Assembly: GCA_004293815.1 (NCBI GenBank)
Contig: RDZD01000016.1
Span: 1 to 62,140, forward strand
Source: Cytophagales bacterium
GTDB lineage: Bacteria > Bacteroidota > Bacteroidia > Cytophagales > Bernardetiaceae
DNA: 62,140 bases
Reading direction: 5' to 3'
Positions within the stretch are counted from its first letter, which is position 1; each line of letters opens with the position of its first letter. The notes beneath the pieces were generated by a model. The model searched no databases and had not been told where the DNA came from. It saw only the letters and a program-made list of their open reading frames with translations. The position numbers and the translations under genes are program-made. Shown here piece by piece: positions 30,085 to 39,036 of the stretch.

Positions 30085-30615
30085 ATGAAGACAAAACAAA
30101 TTGCACAAATGCGCACACGCGAGTCAATAATACTAGAACTATATGAAGAGGCTTTTCCTGAAGCGGCGGTCTTTGTACGCAAAATGGGAGGCTCCTTGAA
30201 TGATGCAAAAGACATTTTTCATGACGCTTTGGTGATTTACTATGAACAAAAACTAACTCTTGGCTTTACACCCGAACAAGGGCACAAGGTTTATTTGAGT
30301 GGTATTGTCAAAAATTTATGGTACAAAAACTATCAGAAATCAAAACTGATTGAGCCACTGGCAGATAACATGTTGTTTGCAGACGACTCACCCAAAGTCT
30401 CTATACGTTTGATGCGATTCTTAGAGCTTTCGGGTAAGCGTTGTATGGAACTTTTGTCTGCTTTTTATTTTGAAAAAATGCCTTTGGCAGACTTGGTAGA
30501 GCGTTTTGGATTTTCAGGTGTGCGTTCAGCCACTGTACAGAAATTCAAATGTGTAACCAAGCTCCGCGAAGCGGTTCGCGAGCGTACACTAAAACAAGAA
30601 GATTTTTATGAATGA
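30085..30615 (+). CDS. ECF-type RNA polymerase sigma-70 family factor
   Basis: A region-2-like segment (DAKDIFHDALVIYYEQ ... YLSGIVKNLWYKNYQK) and a region-4 HTH (MPLADLVERFGFSGVRSATVQKFKCVTKLRE) are present. The start is chosen at MKTKQ. Confidence 0.7.
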   Translation: MKTKQIAQMRTRESIILELYEEAFPEAAVFVRKMGGSLNDAKDIFHDALVIYYEQKLTLGFTPEQGHKVYLSGIVKNLWYKNYQKSKLIEPLADNMLFADDSPKVSIRLMRFLELSGKRCMELLSAFYFEKMPLADLVERFGFSGVRSATVQKFKCVTKLREAVRERTLKQEDFYE

Positions 30616-30862
30616 GACCGAACTAATAGAACACTATCTACAGGGACTACTTACGCCAGAGGACAGGCTATTGCTGGAGGCTAAGTTACTTCTATACCCT
30701 GATTTAAAACAGAAAATTGAATTACAAAGCCTCGTCTATGACATTGCAAAAGTATATGGGGAGCAAGCATTAAGGCAAGACATTGCTACAGCCGAGCGCA
30801 AGCTCTTTACAGAATCACGCTTTCAGAATTTTAGATCGCTCATTTTCAATATCTTTAACTAA
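30608..30862 (+). CDS. small hypothetical protein (84 aa), candidate anti-sigma factor partner
   Basis: The ORF overlaps the sigma gene by 8 nt. Its N-terminal LIEHYLQGLLTPEDRLLLEAKLLLYPDL motif resembles the N-termini of Bacteroidota anti-sigma-like proteins. It has no TM segment. Confidence 0.4.
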   Translation: MNETELIEHYLQGLLTPEDRLLLEAKLLLYPDLKQKIELQSLVYDIAKVYGEQALRQDIATAERKLFTESRFQNFRSLIFNIFN

Positions 30863-30870
30863 TCTCACGC

Positions 30871-31422
30871 ATGAATACTCCTTCTTTACAGGATATCATT
30901 GATGAAAAAATTCTGCGCAGCAGAAGAATCTTTTTATGGGGACAGGTAGATGATGCTTCCGCCAAACATGTTATAGACCGTCTTCTCTATTTAGAGCTTG
31001 TACAGCCTGGACAAGAAATTCAGCTTATCATCAACAGCCCAGGAGGCTACGTAACTTCTGGATTTGCTATTTATGACACAATGAAAAGTATTACAAGCCC
31101 TATTTCTACGGTTTGTTCAGGTTTTGCGGCCTCAAAAGGCTCTATTTTACTGTCTGCTGGTGCAAAGGGCAGGCGTTTCATACTGCCTCACGCACGTGTC
31201 ATGATACACCAGCCAAGTGGTGGGGCGAGAGGTCCTGCGTCTGACATAGAAATACAAATGGACGAAATCATCAAAGCTAAAAAGCTCGGTGCAGAAATAT
31301 TGGCAGCTAATTGCCAAAAGTCTGTGGAACAAGTGATGAAAGACTTTAATCGTGATTACTGGATGTCAGCAGAAGAGTCAGTAGCCTATGGCATTGTAGA
31401 TAAAGTACTCGACCGGCTTTGA
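30871..31422 (+). CDS. clpP: ATP-dependent Clp protease proteolytic subunit paralogue (183 aa, short N-terminus)
   Basis: NSPGGYVTSGFAIYDTM, the catalytic Ser in GFAASKG, His in MIHQPSGG and Asp in RDYWMSAEE are all present. The gene starts 8 nt after the stop of the preceding small ORF. Confidence 0.9.
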   Translation: MNTPSLQDIIDEKILRSRRIFLWGQVDDASAKHVIDRLLYLELVQPGQEIQLIINSPGGYVTSGFAIYDTMKSITSPISTVCSGFAASKGSILLSAGAKGRRFILPHARVMIHQPSGGARGPASDIEIQMDEIIKAKKLGAEILAANCQKSVEQVMKDFNRDYWMSAEESVAYGIVDKVLDRL

Positions 31423-31479
31423 GAATCATTTGAGGTATTGTCTCATAAATCTAGGCAGAACAAACGCACAAGGTAGATT

Positions 31480-31965
31480 CTAGAAAATGCCGTTAAAAAT
31501 CCACACAAAAATCATGAGAATATTAAGTGCTTCAGGAAAAAACAACCCACAAATTGCGGTAATCAGCCCAGAAAGCACCAATAAACCACAAACAGGTAAG
31601 ATAGAAGGAATGGCAAGCATAAAAGCCAGAGCCACTCCCAAAAGCCCTAATCCACCCATCACACAACCGCTGTAAAACATAATAGGACTTCGGGGAATGT
31701 TGCCCTCATCTCCCCAGTCCTTGGGTTGTTTAAAGTACTTTTTGGTGCTTTGCTTTTCTATCTTTTTAGTAATTTTCTTTTCCAAACGCTTCAAAACAAA
31801 CTTTTGGGCAGCATTAAGCTTAGGCCTTGCTGTTTTTATTACTTGCGCCTTTGTCTCAGAGGTGCTTGTAGCTGTTTGAGTCGGAGCCTCTACGCATGCG
31901 GAAAACACCAAGTAAGGCAGCGTCAAGAAATAAAAGAAGAGGAGGAATAGAATGGATTTTTTCAT
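31480..31965 (-). CDS. hypothetical Lys-rich membrane (lipo)protein
   Basis: A signal peptide with a Cys (LVFSAC) is followed by a Lys-rich segment and two C-terminal TM helices. Confidence 0.45.
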   Translation of the reverse strand: MKKSILFLLFFYFLTLPYLVFSACVEAPTQTATSTSETKAQVIKTARPKLNAAQKFVLKRLEKKITKKIEKQSTKKYFKQPKDWGDEGNIPRSPIMFYSGCVMGGLGLLGVALAFMLAIPSILPVCGLLVLSGLITAICGLFFPEALNILMIFVWIFNGIF

Positions 31966-32070
31966 GGCTTTCTAAAAAATAGTATTTTATGTGCCTCAAA
32001 GATGACAAAAGATACATAGAGGTTGCTTAAGAAAAATATTTCTTCAGAAAATGCCGATTTAGTCTTGAGC

Positions 32071-33336
32071 CTATTGTTTGGCAATTATTTTGCGAAAAAT
32101 CTCGTTCAAAACGATGACACTGTTGTGCAAACCCCTAAACTTAATAGCTGTATGCCTACAACGCTCTCGCAAAAGGCTAGGTGGTGAACTTAATAGCAAC
32201 TGAATTCTGGGCATAGCCTCTTCTATATCCTTATCACTCAAGCTTTCACAAACCACGCCCACACGTTCCATTTCAGCAAGCGCATCATCATCAGCTATGC
32301 CGCGAACAATCAAATAAGGCACTCCACAAGAAAGGTAGTTGCCCACTTTTACAGGCGTACGGAACTTCTGAGAAGGCAAAGGAGGAATAGCTACAATGCC
32401 TAGGTCTGCCACAGAAATAAACTTATCTATTTCTGAATAAGGCACTTTATCCAACACCAAAACATGTTCATGCGTAAGCCCTACACTATAAAAAGCCTCC
32501 TCTACTTCTTTTTTGGGTAAGGTGGTGATAAGCAAGCCAAAAATCTTTGGATTGAGTCTGATAGCGGTCTTGTAAAAAGCCGCCACCTCCTTAGCACTAT
32601 AATAAATGCCGTCAAACTTGCCCACATAAAGCCATATTTCACGATTACTCAAGCCGTGTTGGGCACGAAAACGTTCATTGAAAGCCTCATCGAACATAAA
32701 TTTATCGGTGTCAATGCTTATGGGAACTGTAAAAATCTGTTTGGCTTTGGGCTTCCAAGAACGTACCAGTGCCTCCGTGTGGCTGGTTGGTACAGTCAAA
32801 TACTCCGCACTTCTTACCTCTAATTTTTCTATAAAATTCAAGATGCGATATTTAAGCGAACTCTTAGACCAAGTGCCAAAATCTAGCATATATTCACTAT
32901 GTGGTTCAAAGCAATAAAGCGCAAAAGGCCAATTAAACAAGCGAGAAAGCAAATAGGCAAAACCGCCCGCAATCACCAAATAGCCCAAAATCAAACGAGG
33001 TTTGTAATGCTTTTGAATATAGGACGCATAACGAATGCTTTGCAAAAAGTCTTTAAGACGGTTCAGAAGCACCAACTTGCCTGTGTGATATTGCACTGGA
33101 TACCAACTGATGCTATATTCCTTCATCTCGTCACGCAGAAGTGTTTCCTCCTCACTTGTATAGGAATAAGCAGCCTGTTCGTGCGTAATGACATGAAAAT
33201 GGTAGGTTTTGTGGATGTTCAACTGCTTGAGGTAAGTATAAATCAAACCACTAAAAAGAGGATCTTTTACGCCTTGCAGGGAATAAACCACAATATGATG
33301 TTGTTCGAGTTGCCCCATACCCAAAAAGTCTACCAA
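32071..33336 (-). CDS. GT-B fold glycosyltransferase (GT4/GT1-like)
   Basis: The C-terminal half carries the E-x7-E-like / KVGNYLSCGVPYLI motif typical of retaining GT-B enzymes. The N-terminal domain is divergent. Confidence 0.5.
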   Translation of the reverse strand: MVDFLGMGQLEQHHIVVYSLQGVKDPLFSGLIYTYLKQLNIHKTYHFHVITHEQAAYSYTSEEETLLRDEMKEYSISWYPVQYHTGKLVLLNRLKDFLQSIRYASYIQKHYKPRLILGYLVIAGGFAYLLSRLFNWPFALYCFEPHSEYMLDFGTWSKSSLKYRILNFIEKLEVRSAEYLTVPTSHTEALVRSWKPKAKQIFTVPISIDTDKFMFDEAFNERFRAQHGLSNREIWLYVGKFDGIYYSAKEVAAFYKTAIRLNPKIFGLLITTLPKKEVEEAFYSVGLTHEHVLVLDKVPYSEIDKFISVADLGIVAIPPLPSQKFRTPVKVGNYLSCGVPYLIVRGIADDDALAEMERVGVVCESLSDKDIEEAMPRIQLLLSSPPSLLRERCRHTAIKFRGLHNSVIVLNEIFRKIIAKQ

Positions 33337-33995
33337 TTAATACTCGTTTGATGATGTATTTTTAAATAATCGTTGGCCTTGCTAAAATGCTTGCAACCCA
33401 AAAAGCTTCCTCTAGTTTGCGCCAGAGGGGAAGGGTGAACCGCCTCCAAAACCAAATGCTTCTGTTTATCCACTACTGCCCCTTTGTCTTGGGCGTAGCG
33501 TCCCCAAAGCATAAACACCACATGATTTTGCTGTTCGGAAATCAGTTTTACCACTGCGTCGGTAAACGTTTCCCATCCCTTTTTCTGATGAGAGCCAGCC
33601 TCATTGGCGCGCACAGTAAGCGTGGCATTGAGCAAAAGTACTCCTTGCTGTGCCCAGCGTTCTAAGTTACCAGAAACAGGAATAGGCAACAAAAGATCAT
33701 CATGCAACTCTTTAAAGATATTGAGCAGAGAGGGTGGTTTCCTAACCCCATCATTTACTGAAAAACTTAGCCCATGAGCTTGATCGGGGCCGTGGTAGGG
33801 GTCTTGTCCTATGATGACAACCTTCACCGCACTGAGGGGGCAGAGGTCAAAAGCATTAAAAATGAGCTTACCAGAGGGATAAATTTTATAGGTTTGATAT
33901 TCTTTTTTTACAAACTGAATCAGAGTTTTAAAATAGTCTTTTTCAAACTCTGATTTCAGCGCGCTTTTCCAACTGTCGTGTATTTGAACGCTCAT
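33330..33995 (-). CDS. ung: uracil-DNA glycosylase (family 1)
   Basis: GQDPYH, the LLLN leucine loop, and the water-activating and HPSPL motifs are all present. Confidence 0.9.
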   Translation of the reverse strand: MSVQIHDSWKSALKSEFEKDYFKTLIQFVKKEYQTYKIYPSGKLIFNAFDLCPLSAVKVVIIGQDPYHGPDQAHGLSFSVNDGVRKPPSLLNIFKELHDDLLLPIPVSGNLERWAQQGVLLLNATLTVRANEAGSHQKKGWETFTDAVVKLISEQQNHVVFMLWGRYAQDKGAVVDKQKHLVLEAVHPSPLAQTRGSFLGCKHFSKANDYLKIHHQTSINW

Positions 33996-34016
33996 CTTTG
34001 AAGCAATATTTTTGAA

Positions 34017-34673
34017 CTAAAACCCTTGGGGTCTTTTGTGTGAAATGATCTCTTTTAGTTCGCTGATAATCATAGAAGTAGCACCCCAGATTTCTTTGTC
34101 TTGAAGGGAATAATAAGGCGTAATCCACTCCGTTTTGTCGGGGTGAATGGTAGGTCTTGTTTTATAAGCTTCAGGCTTCCAAAAGTCTCGAAGTTTGAAG
34201 TCTATAACGCTCACCACTTCGCGCTCATCAGGTTGGTAGGTGATTTTCTGAGGGATATAGACTAAATACGGCGTGACAAGGGAGTCGCTTGGTGGAATGT
34301 AAATGTCCGTGAGTGCGCCCAAAACGTGCTCTGCATCAGCTTTTACACCTATTTCCTCGTAAAGTTCGCGCAACGCGGTATAAAGAAGTGTAGGATCTTC
34401 AGGATCTTTTTTACCGCCTGGAAAGGATATTTGCCCACTGTGCACTCCTGCATAAACAGGTCTTTGTATGAGAGGTAATACCAAATCTGATCCTTGCTCC
34501 AATAAAAGCACTGTTACTGCACAAATCTTTGTTTTTGCAGTAGGCTGTAGGCTTTTCCAGTCGCCAACAGAGCGGCGGGTCATGCACATCTTAAGGTGTG
34601 CTGCGTCGCCAGGTAGTGGTTCGTTTTGTATGAAATAACGAATCTCTTCTATAAGGTGGTTATTGGCAGGCAT
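34017..34673 (-). CDS. NUDIX hydrolase, CoA pyrophosphatase-like (NudL type)
   Basis: A Nudix box GG.....E......RELYEEIGV is present. The upstream UPxxxE-like motif typical of CoA pyrophosphatases is plausible (SFPGGKKDPED). Confidence 0.8.
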   Translation of the reverse strand: MPANNHLIEEIRYFIQNEPLPGDAAHLKMCMTRRSVGDWKSLQPTAKTKICAVTVLLLEQGSDLVLPLIQRPVYAGVHSGQISFPGGKKDPEDPTLLYTALRELYEEIGVKADAEHVLGALTDIYIPPSDSLVTPYLVYIPQKITYQPDEREVVSVIDFKLRDFWKPEAYKTRPTIHPDKTEWITPYYSLQDKEIWGATSMIISELKEIISHKRPQGF

Positions 34674-34836
34674 TACTAAACAGCTAACAAGTTTATTTTC
34701 TGTAACTTATAACAAAGAGCACCTCAATTCCAATTCCCTATAGTACGATGAGGACTCCTGACAAACTCAAATACCGCAACTATGAGGTTGCGGTTTTGAA
34801 AAGCTAAAGTTTTGAAAAATTGGTTCTGAAAACAAA

Positions 34837-35178
34837 TTAACCAGCTTGGCTCTTATAAAGCTCAATCAGAGACTTAACAGCGTTGATGTTTTCGGCTATG
34901 ATTTCATGTCCACGCGCTTCTTTGCTCGCATGAAAGTTGCGCAACCACTCGTAACGGTCGTTGAGCATTTCTGTGCTGAAGTGAGTAGTCATGTCACCAT
35001 CAATAAGGTCTATTTTAGAAAAAATAACTTTAAACTCTGCATCAGAGCGTGGAGCTACTTGGTCTTTGCCATCTACCACATAGTCACCTACAATAGTTTT
35101 AATTTCTAAGGTGGTCAAATTGGATATTTTCTCACCTATATTTTTGATAAAGTCTTGAAAACGATTTTGATTTTCCAT
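34837..35178 (-). CDS. hypothetical protein
   Basis: The ORF is clean. The start is chosen at MENQNRF, because the longer ORF-track N-terminus is hydrophobic and low-complexity. Confidence 0.35.
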   Translation of the reverse strand: MENQNRFQDFIKNIGEKISNLTTLEIKTIVGDYVVDGKDQVAPRSDAEFKVIFSKIDLIDGDMTTHFSTEMLNDRYEWLRNFHASKEARGHEIIAENINAVKSLIELYKSQAG

Positions 35179-35358
35179 AAAGTTTAGTTGCAGATAAAAA
35201 AGAACTTGAGCAAATAAACGAAACACTAAACTATATTCCAAATTTATGTTTAAGTAAAACACAAAATTTAGATAAAATAAACCTTAAAGCAGTTTCAGCA
35301 ATTATTTCATGAGTGGGCAAGTCTTTGTTAGACATTTGACTTATCTAGCTAAATGGCA

Positions 35359-36195
35359 TTAAATCAGCTTGAAAGTGCAGACACTGACGCTGGAGTGGTT
35401 GGCTACCCCTTCGGCTATGCTACCTGCCAACATGCGCGCCACACCTGTACGCCCGTGTGTACACATGATGATAAGGTCTGCTTTGCAATCTTCGGCATAA
35501 GCTACTATGCCCTCTTCTTCAGAGAATTCGTTATAGGAATGCACCTCGTAGTGCTCTAAATTGTACTTAACAGCAAAATTATTTAGTCGCTTGCGGGTAT
35601 TGCGCGAAGGCTCGAAGGTTTTGGCCGTGATGACGGTAAGTAAATGAACCTTAGAGTTATAAAAGCTTTGTAAAGTCTGTACAAAATCTACTGACTCTTG
35701 GCTATAATCTTCAAAATTGGATGCAAAAACAATGTTGCGCAGCAAAAAAGGCTTGTTATTTTTTACCACCAAAACGGGACAGTTGGCATTCCTGATGACT
35801 TTTTGAGAGTTAGAGCCTACCAAAAGCTCGTCCCAGCCCTCCGCACCGCTCGAACCCATAAGAATTAGGTCTATATCTAGTGTTTCCACACAGTCAAAAA
35901 TTTGCTGATGCACTTTGTTCATCAACACATGGTCTTGTGTTTTGACAGAAGGATAAAGCTTTTTAAGCTCCGTCATTTTGTCTTTGATAACAGCTGTAGA
36001 TTTTGTCAGATAAGGCACCAGCGACTCACTATTGCGATTATCCCCCGTTACCTCTTTCAAATTGGGCATCTCAAGTACATGAAGTAGATGAATTTCAGCA
36101 TCAAAATGCTTGGCCAAGTTGCAGGCAGCCACAAAAGCGGCATTAGAGCGAACCGAAAAGTCTATTGGAACAAGTATTTTTTTTATTTGCAACAT
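35359..36195 (-). CDS. tandem universal stress protein (UspA-family, two USP domains)
   Basis: Two USP repeats are present. Each ends in the ATP-binding-like motif G-x2-G-x9-G(S/T)xS...VLVV. Confidence 0.85.
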   Translation of the reverse strand: MLQIKKILVPIDFSVRSNAAFVAACNLAKHFDAEIHLLHVLEMPNLKEVTGDNRNSESLVPYLTKSTAVIKDKMTELKKLYPSVKTQDHVLMNKVHQQIFDCVETLDIDLILMGSSGAEGWDELLVGSNSQKVIRNANCPVLVVKNNKPFLLRNIVFASNFEDYSQESVDFVQTLQSFYNSKVHLLTVITAKTFEPSRNTRKRLNNFAVKYNLEHYEVHSYNEFSEEEGIVAYAEDCKADLIIMCTHGRTGVARMLAGSIAEGVANHSSVSVCTFKLI

Positions 36196-36216
36196 AGTTC
36201 CTTCTGTCTATTTGAA

Positions 36217-37650
36217 TTAAGAAGTTCTTTTAATCAAGTAGTTAGCAAAGCTCAAAAGAGGCCCCTCTTCAAAGGCACTAGCCATAATCTGCAAACCGAT
36301 AGGTAAATTATTACTATCTTGGCCGTTAGGCACAGAAATAGCCGGCACGCCCGCTACAGATGCTTGCACTGTAAACAAATCCGACAAGTACATTTCTACG
36401 GTTTTTTCGCTTAACTCGCCTATCTTAAACGCCGTGGTGGGTGTAGTAGGGCAAATCAAAAAATCAAATTTTTGGAAGAAGTCTAGCGTTTGCTCGCGAA
36501 TTAAACGTCTCACTTTCTGAGCTTTGGTAAAATACGCATCGTAGTAGCTGGCCGACAAAACAAATGTGCCAAGCATGATTCTACGCTTTACCTCACGGCC
36601 AAAACCTTCAGAACGAGATTTTTTATACAAAGACTCAATATCTGTCACATTTGGACTGCGATAACCATAGCGCACACCATCAAATCTGGCCAGATTCGTA
36701 CTGGCTTCAGCTGTGGTAAGAATATAGTAAACAGGCAGTGCGTATTCCAAGAGAGAAAAATCTACCGCCTCGAGCGTGTGTCCCTCAGATTTTAGCCAAG
36801 CTATGGTATCTTGTGTGGCCTTGCGCACTTCTGGATTTACCCCCTCGTGCGAAATGGTATTGTCAATATAAGCAATGCGAAGCTTCTCTGGCTTTTTAGC
36901 CAAAAATGACTGATAATTGGGCACTTCACGCTGTGAAACCGTGCTATCAAACTCATCTGCACCTGCCATGATTTCTAAGACCAAGGCCAAATCTTCAGAT
37001 GATTTTGCAAAAGCTCCTACAGTGTCAAAAGAAGAAGCATAAGCAATAAGCCCATGCCTAGAAATGCGAGAATAAGTAGGTTTAAAACCCATGATACCAC
37101 ACAATGCAGCTGGCTGACGCACCGAACCGCCCGTATCAGAGCCTAAGGCAACTAGGCACATATCTGCCTGAACCGCCACCGCTGAACCACCCGACGAGCC
37201 TCCTGGAACCAAGTTTTCGCCAAGCGCATTTTTAACTGGGCCAAAAGCCGATGTTTCGTTCGAAGATCCCATAGCAAACTCATCGCAGTTCTGGCGACCA
37301 ATGATGATGGCATCTTCATCAAGTAGCCTTTGTACGCAAGTGGCCGTAAACTGTGACTCAAAGCCATTCAGAATCTTACTAGACGCTTGCAAACCATGTT
37401 CTGCATAACAAAACACATCTTTGAGTCCTATCACCATACCAGCCAAACGCCCTGCTTTGTCTACTTTGAGCTTTTCATCTATTTCTTTGGCACGGAGCAG
37501 AGCCTCTTGCTCATAAACGGCAAGAAAGGCATTCAAATTTTTATTCTTCTCAATATTGGTCAAATAATGCTGTACAAGTTCTAAACAGCTTATTTTTGAG
37601 GCGGTCAAATCTTTTTGGATTTGGCCAAATGATGTATAGGAAAGGCTCAT
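36217..37650 (-). CDS. gatA: Asp-tRNA(Asn)/Glu-tRNA(Gln) amidotransferase subunit A
   Basis: The amidase signature GGSSGGSAVAV...GSDTGGSVRQPA is present, with GatA-like length and N-terminus. Confidence 0.9.
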   Translation of the reverse strand: MSLSYTSFGQIQKDLTASKISCLELVQHYLTNIEKNKNLNAFLAVYEQEALLRAKEIDEKLKVDKAGRLAGMVIGLKDVFCYAEHGLQASSKILNGFESQFTATCVQRLLDEDAIIIGRQNCDEFAMGSSNETSAFGPVKNALGENLVPGGSSGGSAVAVQADMCLVALGSDTGGSVRQPAALCGIMGFKPTYSRISRHGLIAYASSFDTVGAFAKSSEDLALVLEIMAGADEFDSTVSQREVPNYQSFLAKKPEKLRIAYIDNTISHEGVNPEVRKATQDTIAWLKSEGHTLEAVDFSLLEYALPVYYILTTAEASTNLARFDGVRYGYRSPNVTDIESLYKKSRSEGFGREVKRRIMLGTFVLSASYYDAYFTKAQKVRRLIREQTLDFFQKFDFLICPTTPTTAFKIGELSEKTVEMYLSDLFTVQASVAGVPAISVPNGQDSNNLPIGLQIMASAFEEGPLLSFANYLIKRTS

Positions 37651-37732
37651 AGCAAAGCAATTTGCCAAATGGTTGTTGTCTTAATTTGAATAAAAAATAT
37701 TGTTTCAACAAAAAAGCAATAAAGTTGTGTCT

Positions 37733-37942
37733 TTAAGCGTCTTTTTTGTCTTCAATACGAGTCCCTTTTTCAATATCAGACTTTATCTCGTTGGTGGCTT
37801 CTTTGAATTCTCTGAGCCCCTTGCCCAAGCCACGCGCCAAGTCAGGAATGCGCTTTGCACCAAAAAGGAGTAAAACCACAAATAAGATAAGGAGGAGTTC
37901 CCAGCCGCCAATGCCGCCAATAAACAAAAGAGAATTTAACAT
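37733..37942 (-). CDS. tatA: twin-arginine translocase subunit TatA/E
   Basis: A single TM helix followed by an amphipathic helix ([23 protein letters not shown]) is the typical TatA layout. The start is chosen at MLNSLLF. Confidence 0.8.
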   Translation of the reverse strand: MLNSLLFIGGIGGWELLLILFVVLLLFGAKRIPDLARGLGKGLREFKEATNEIKSDIEKGTRIEDKKDA

Positions 37943-38241
37943 AGCTAAATTAATCTGAGTGAAGTGTTCTTTGAAAACTGCCATGCAAAGTTACAACATC
38001 GATTTGCGTTTTCAAAAAAATACGCTTAAATATGTCGTATATCTGTTTCTAAAGCCATTGATAGCCAATTTACTTTCTGCAGAGATGACTTCCTGTTGTA
38101 ATAGAGCAGTTTTTTTACAGCAATATCCTTTTGTGTGAGATTTTTTTAATATTTCTTGCATTCTTATCACATTAATCTCAAATTTAGATAAAAAATTAAA
38201 TCAAGCTTGAGATTTCATCAGGCATTATGAGATGTCCCAAA

Positions 38242-38259
38242 TAATACGTCTAATACGTC
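38242..38259. repeat. tandem direct repeat TAATACGTC x2 abutting a start codon
   Basis: Two identical 9-mers end 1 nt before the ATG at 38261. Confidence 0.3.
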
Positions 38260-38260
38260 A

Positions 38261-38704
38261 ATGAAGATTACCCAAGATATACAAAGGCTTATTTTACATG
38301 ACGCTCGTTTTAAGAATGAGATAAGAACCAATAATGATCTGGTTATTACTTTTGATTTTGCACGTCTCAAGCATTTGACAGAACTTGGTATACATGAAAC
38401 GGTAGTCCTTGGAAAAACCACTCTTGCGATTAAAGGCATCAAGAATGAGCAACTCAAAGCATATTACGAAGGTCCAAAATATAGATTGATAGATTTCCCT
38501 GAGAATGTAGGAAAGTATTGGAATGAAGTGCAAAACACTGAAATTGATGAGCACCAAAAGAGACTTCAACTAGACGGCTTGTTCTCGAAGGACGGCGAGA
38601 ACTTTTGGGTGGAGTGGTCCTTGAATTATGAGAGTTGTGAGGTAGAGTGGGACTCACACATAACAGTAGCGCAGTGGTACGATGGCCAGCAGCCTGATGA
38701 GTAA
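38261..38704 (+). CDS. hypothetical protein (147 aa)
   Basis: The ORF is clean with coding-like composition and no recognisable motif. Confidence 0.45.
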   Translation: MKITQDIQRLILHDARFKNEIRTNNDLVITFDFARLKHLTELGIHETVVLGKTTLAIKGIKNEQLKAYYEGPKYRLIDFPENVGKYWNEVQNTEIDEHQKRLQLDGLFSKDGENFWVEWSLNYESCEVEWDSHITVAQWYDGQQPDE

Positions 38705-39036
38705 CAGATAAATACAGGCTTAAATCCGTTTTTTTAGATTATTTGTTTTATGAATTGTGAGTTTTTCTAGCGCAGTCCAATAATGTGAGTCGATATTTGG
38801 CTAGAACTTTGCTTAGTCCAGAAAGTCTGAACTAACCGTATTCTTTCTGCTTTTTATGGATAATTTATGCATTTTTAACCCTTTTTATAGCCATTATTAA
38901 ACGAAAAAACGTTAAAATAGTTTAATTAGCCTGTGCATTTTGATGCACTGAACTAATTGTATTAGTTCTCATTGCCTACATTTTGCAACGGATTAGAGCT
39001 TTTGTAGAAATTTTTACGAAGAATAAAAAATAGAAC

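Noticed and set aside
33330-33336. 7-nt overlap between the glycosyltransferase start and the ung coding end as evidence of coupling
   Set aside because: An alternative in-frame ATG at 33318 removes the overlap, so the start is ambiguous.
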